Positions 63,892 to 64,000 of a DNA stretch of 64,000 nucleotides are shown in pieces. The translations under genes were made by a program, and so were the position numbers. The first letter of the stretch is position 1. Every line of letters begins with the position of its first letter. A model generated the notes under the pieces. It was not told the DNA's origin and searched no databases. It saw nothing but the letters and a program-made list of their open reading frames with translations. The stretch comes from Camelus dromedarius. Its lineage: Eukaryota. The stretch is from NCBI RefSeq assembly GCF_036321535.1, contig NC_087436.1, positions 111,416,001 through 111,480,000 on the forward strand. The letters run 5' to 3'.

Positions 63892-64000
63892 ACTGCTAGG
63901 ACTTAAAACTTGAGAGCACTGAGGCCTTTTAAATACAGAATCTTGTACTCTCATGCTTTGATTGCTACCAAATCCAGAGGTTTAAAATGCATTCCAAAGT

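Noticed and set aside
1..64000. CRISPR arrays, operons, rRNA/snRNA genes or other prokaryote-type systems
   Set aside because: The DNA is intron-containing mammalian sequence. I saw no repeat-spacer arrays or recognisable structural RNA genes.

Overview
Mammalian genomic DNA, most likely camelid: it has tRNA-Ala-derived vic-1-type SINEs and camelid-type L1 3' ends, and I saw no Alu, B1, BovB/Bov-tA, PRE-1 or CAN-SINE. Bases 1 to about 10.6 kb hold the 3' part of QDPR (dihydropteridine reductase) on the + strand. Five coding exons (3-7 by human numbering) have canonical AG/GT sites, join in one intact frame and keep the YxxxK catalytic motif, followed by a 3' UTR with two AATAAA signals. The remaining ~53 kb looks gene-free and is packed with old and lineage-specific transposons. 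The notable items are: a retrocopy of only the SET 3' UTR, with an A-tail and 16-bp target-site duplication; a ~2.3-kb fossil hAT (Blackjack-type) transposon with a readable transposase, inside a three-level nest that includes a twin-primed L1; an LTR41-like LTR with a near-consensus CTCF motif; and frameshifting cryptic acceptors upstream of QDPR exons 4 and 5. I found no convincing new biological system. Repeat subfamily names and human comparisons are from memory and need a database check, and most repeat boundaries are approximate.
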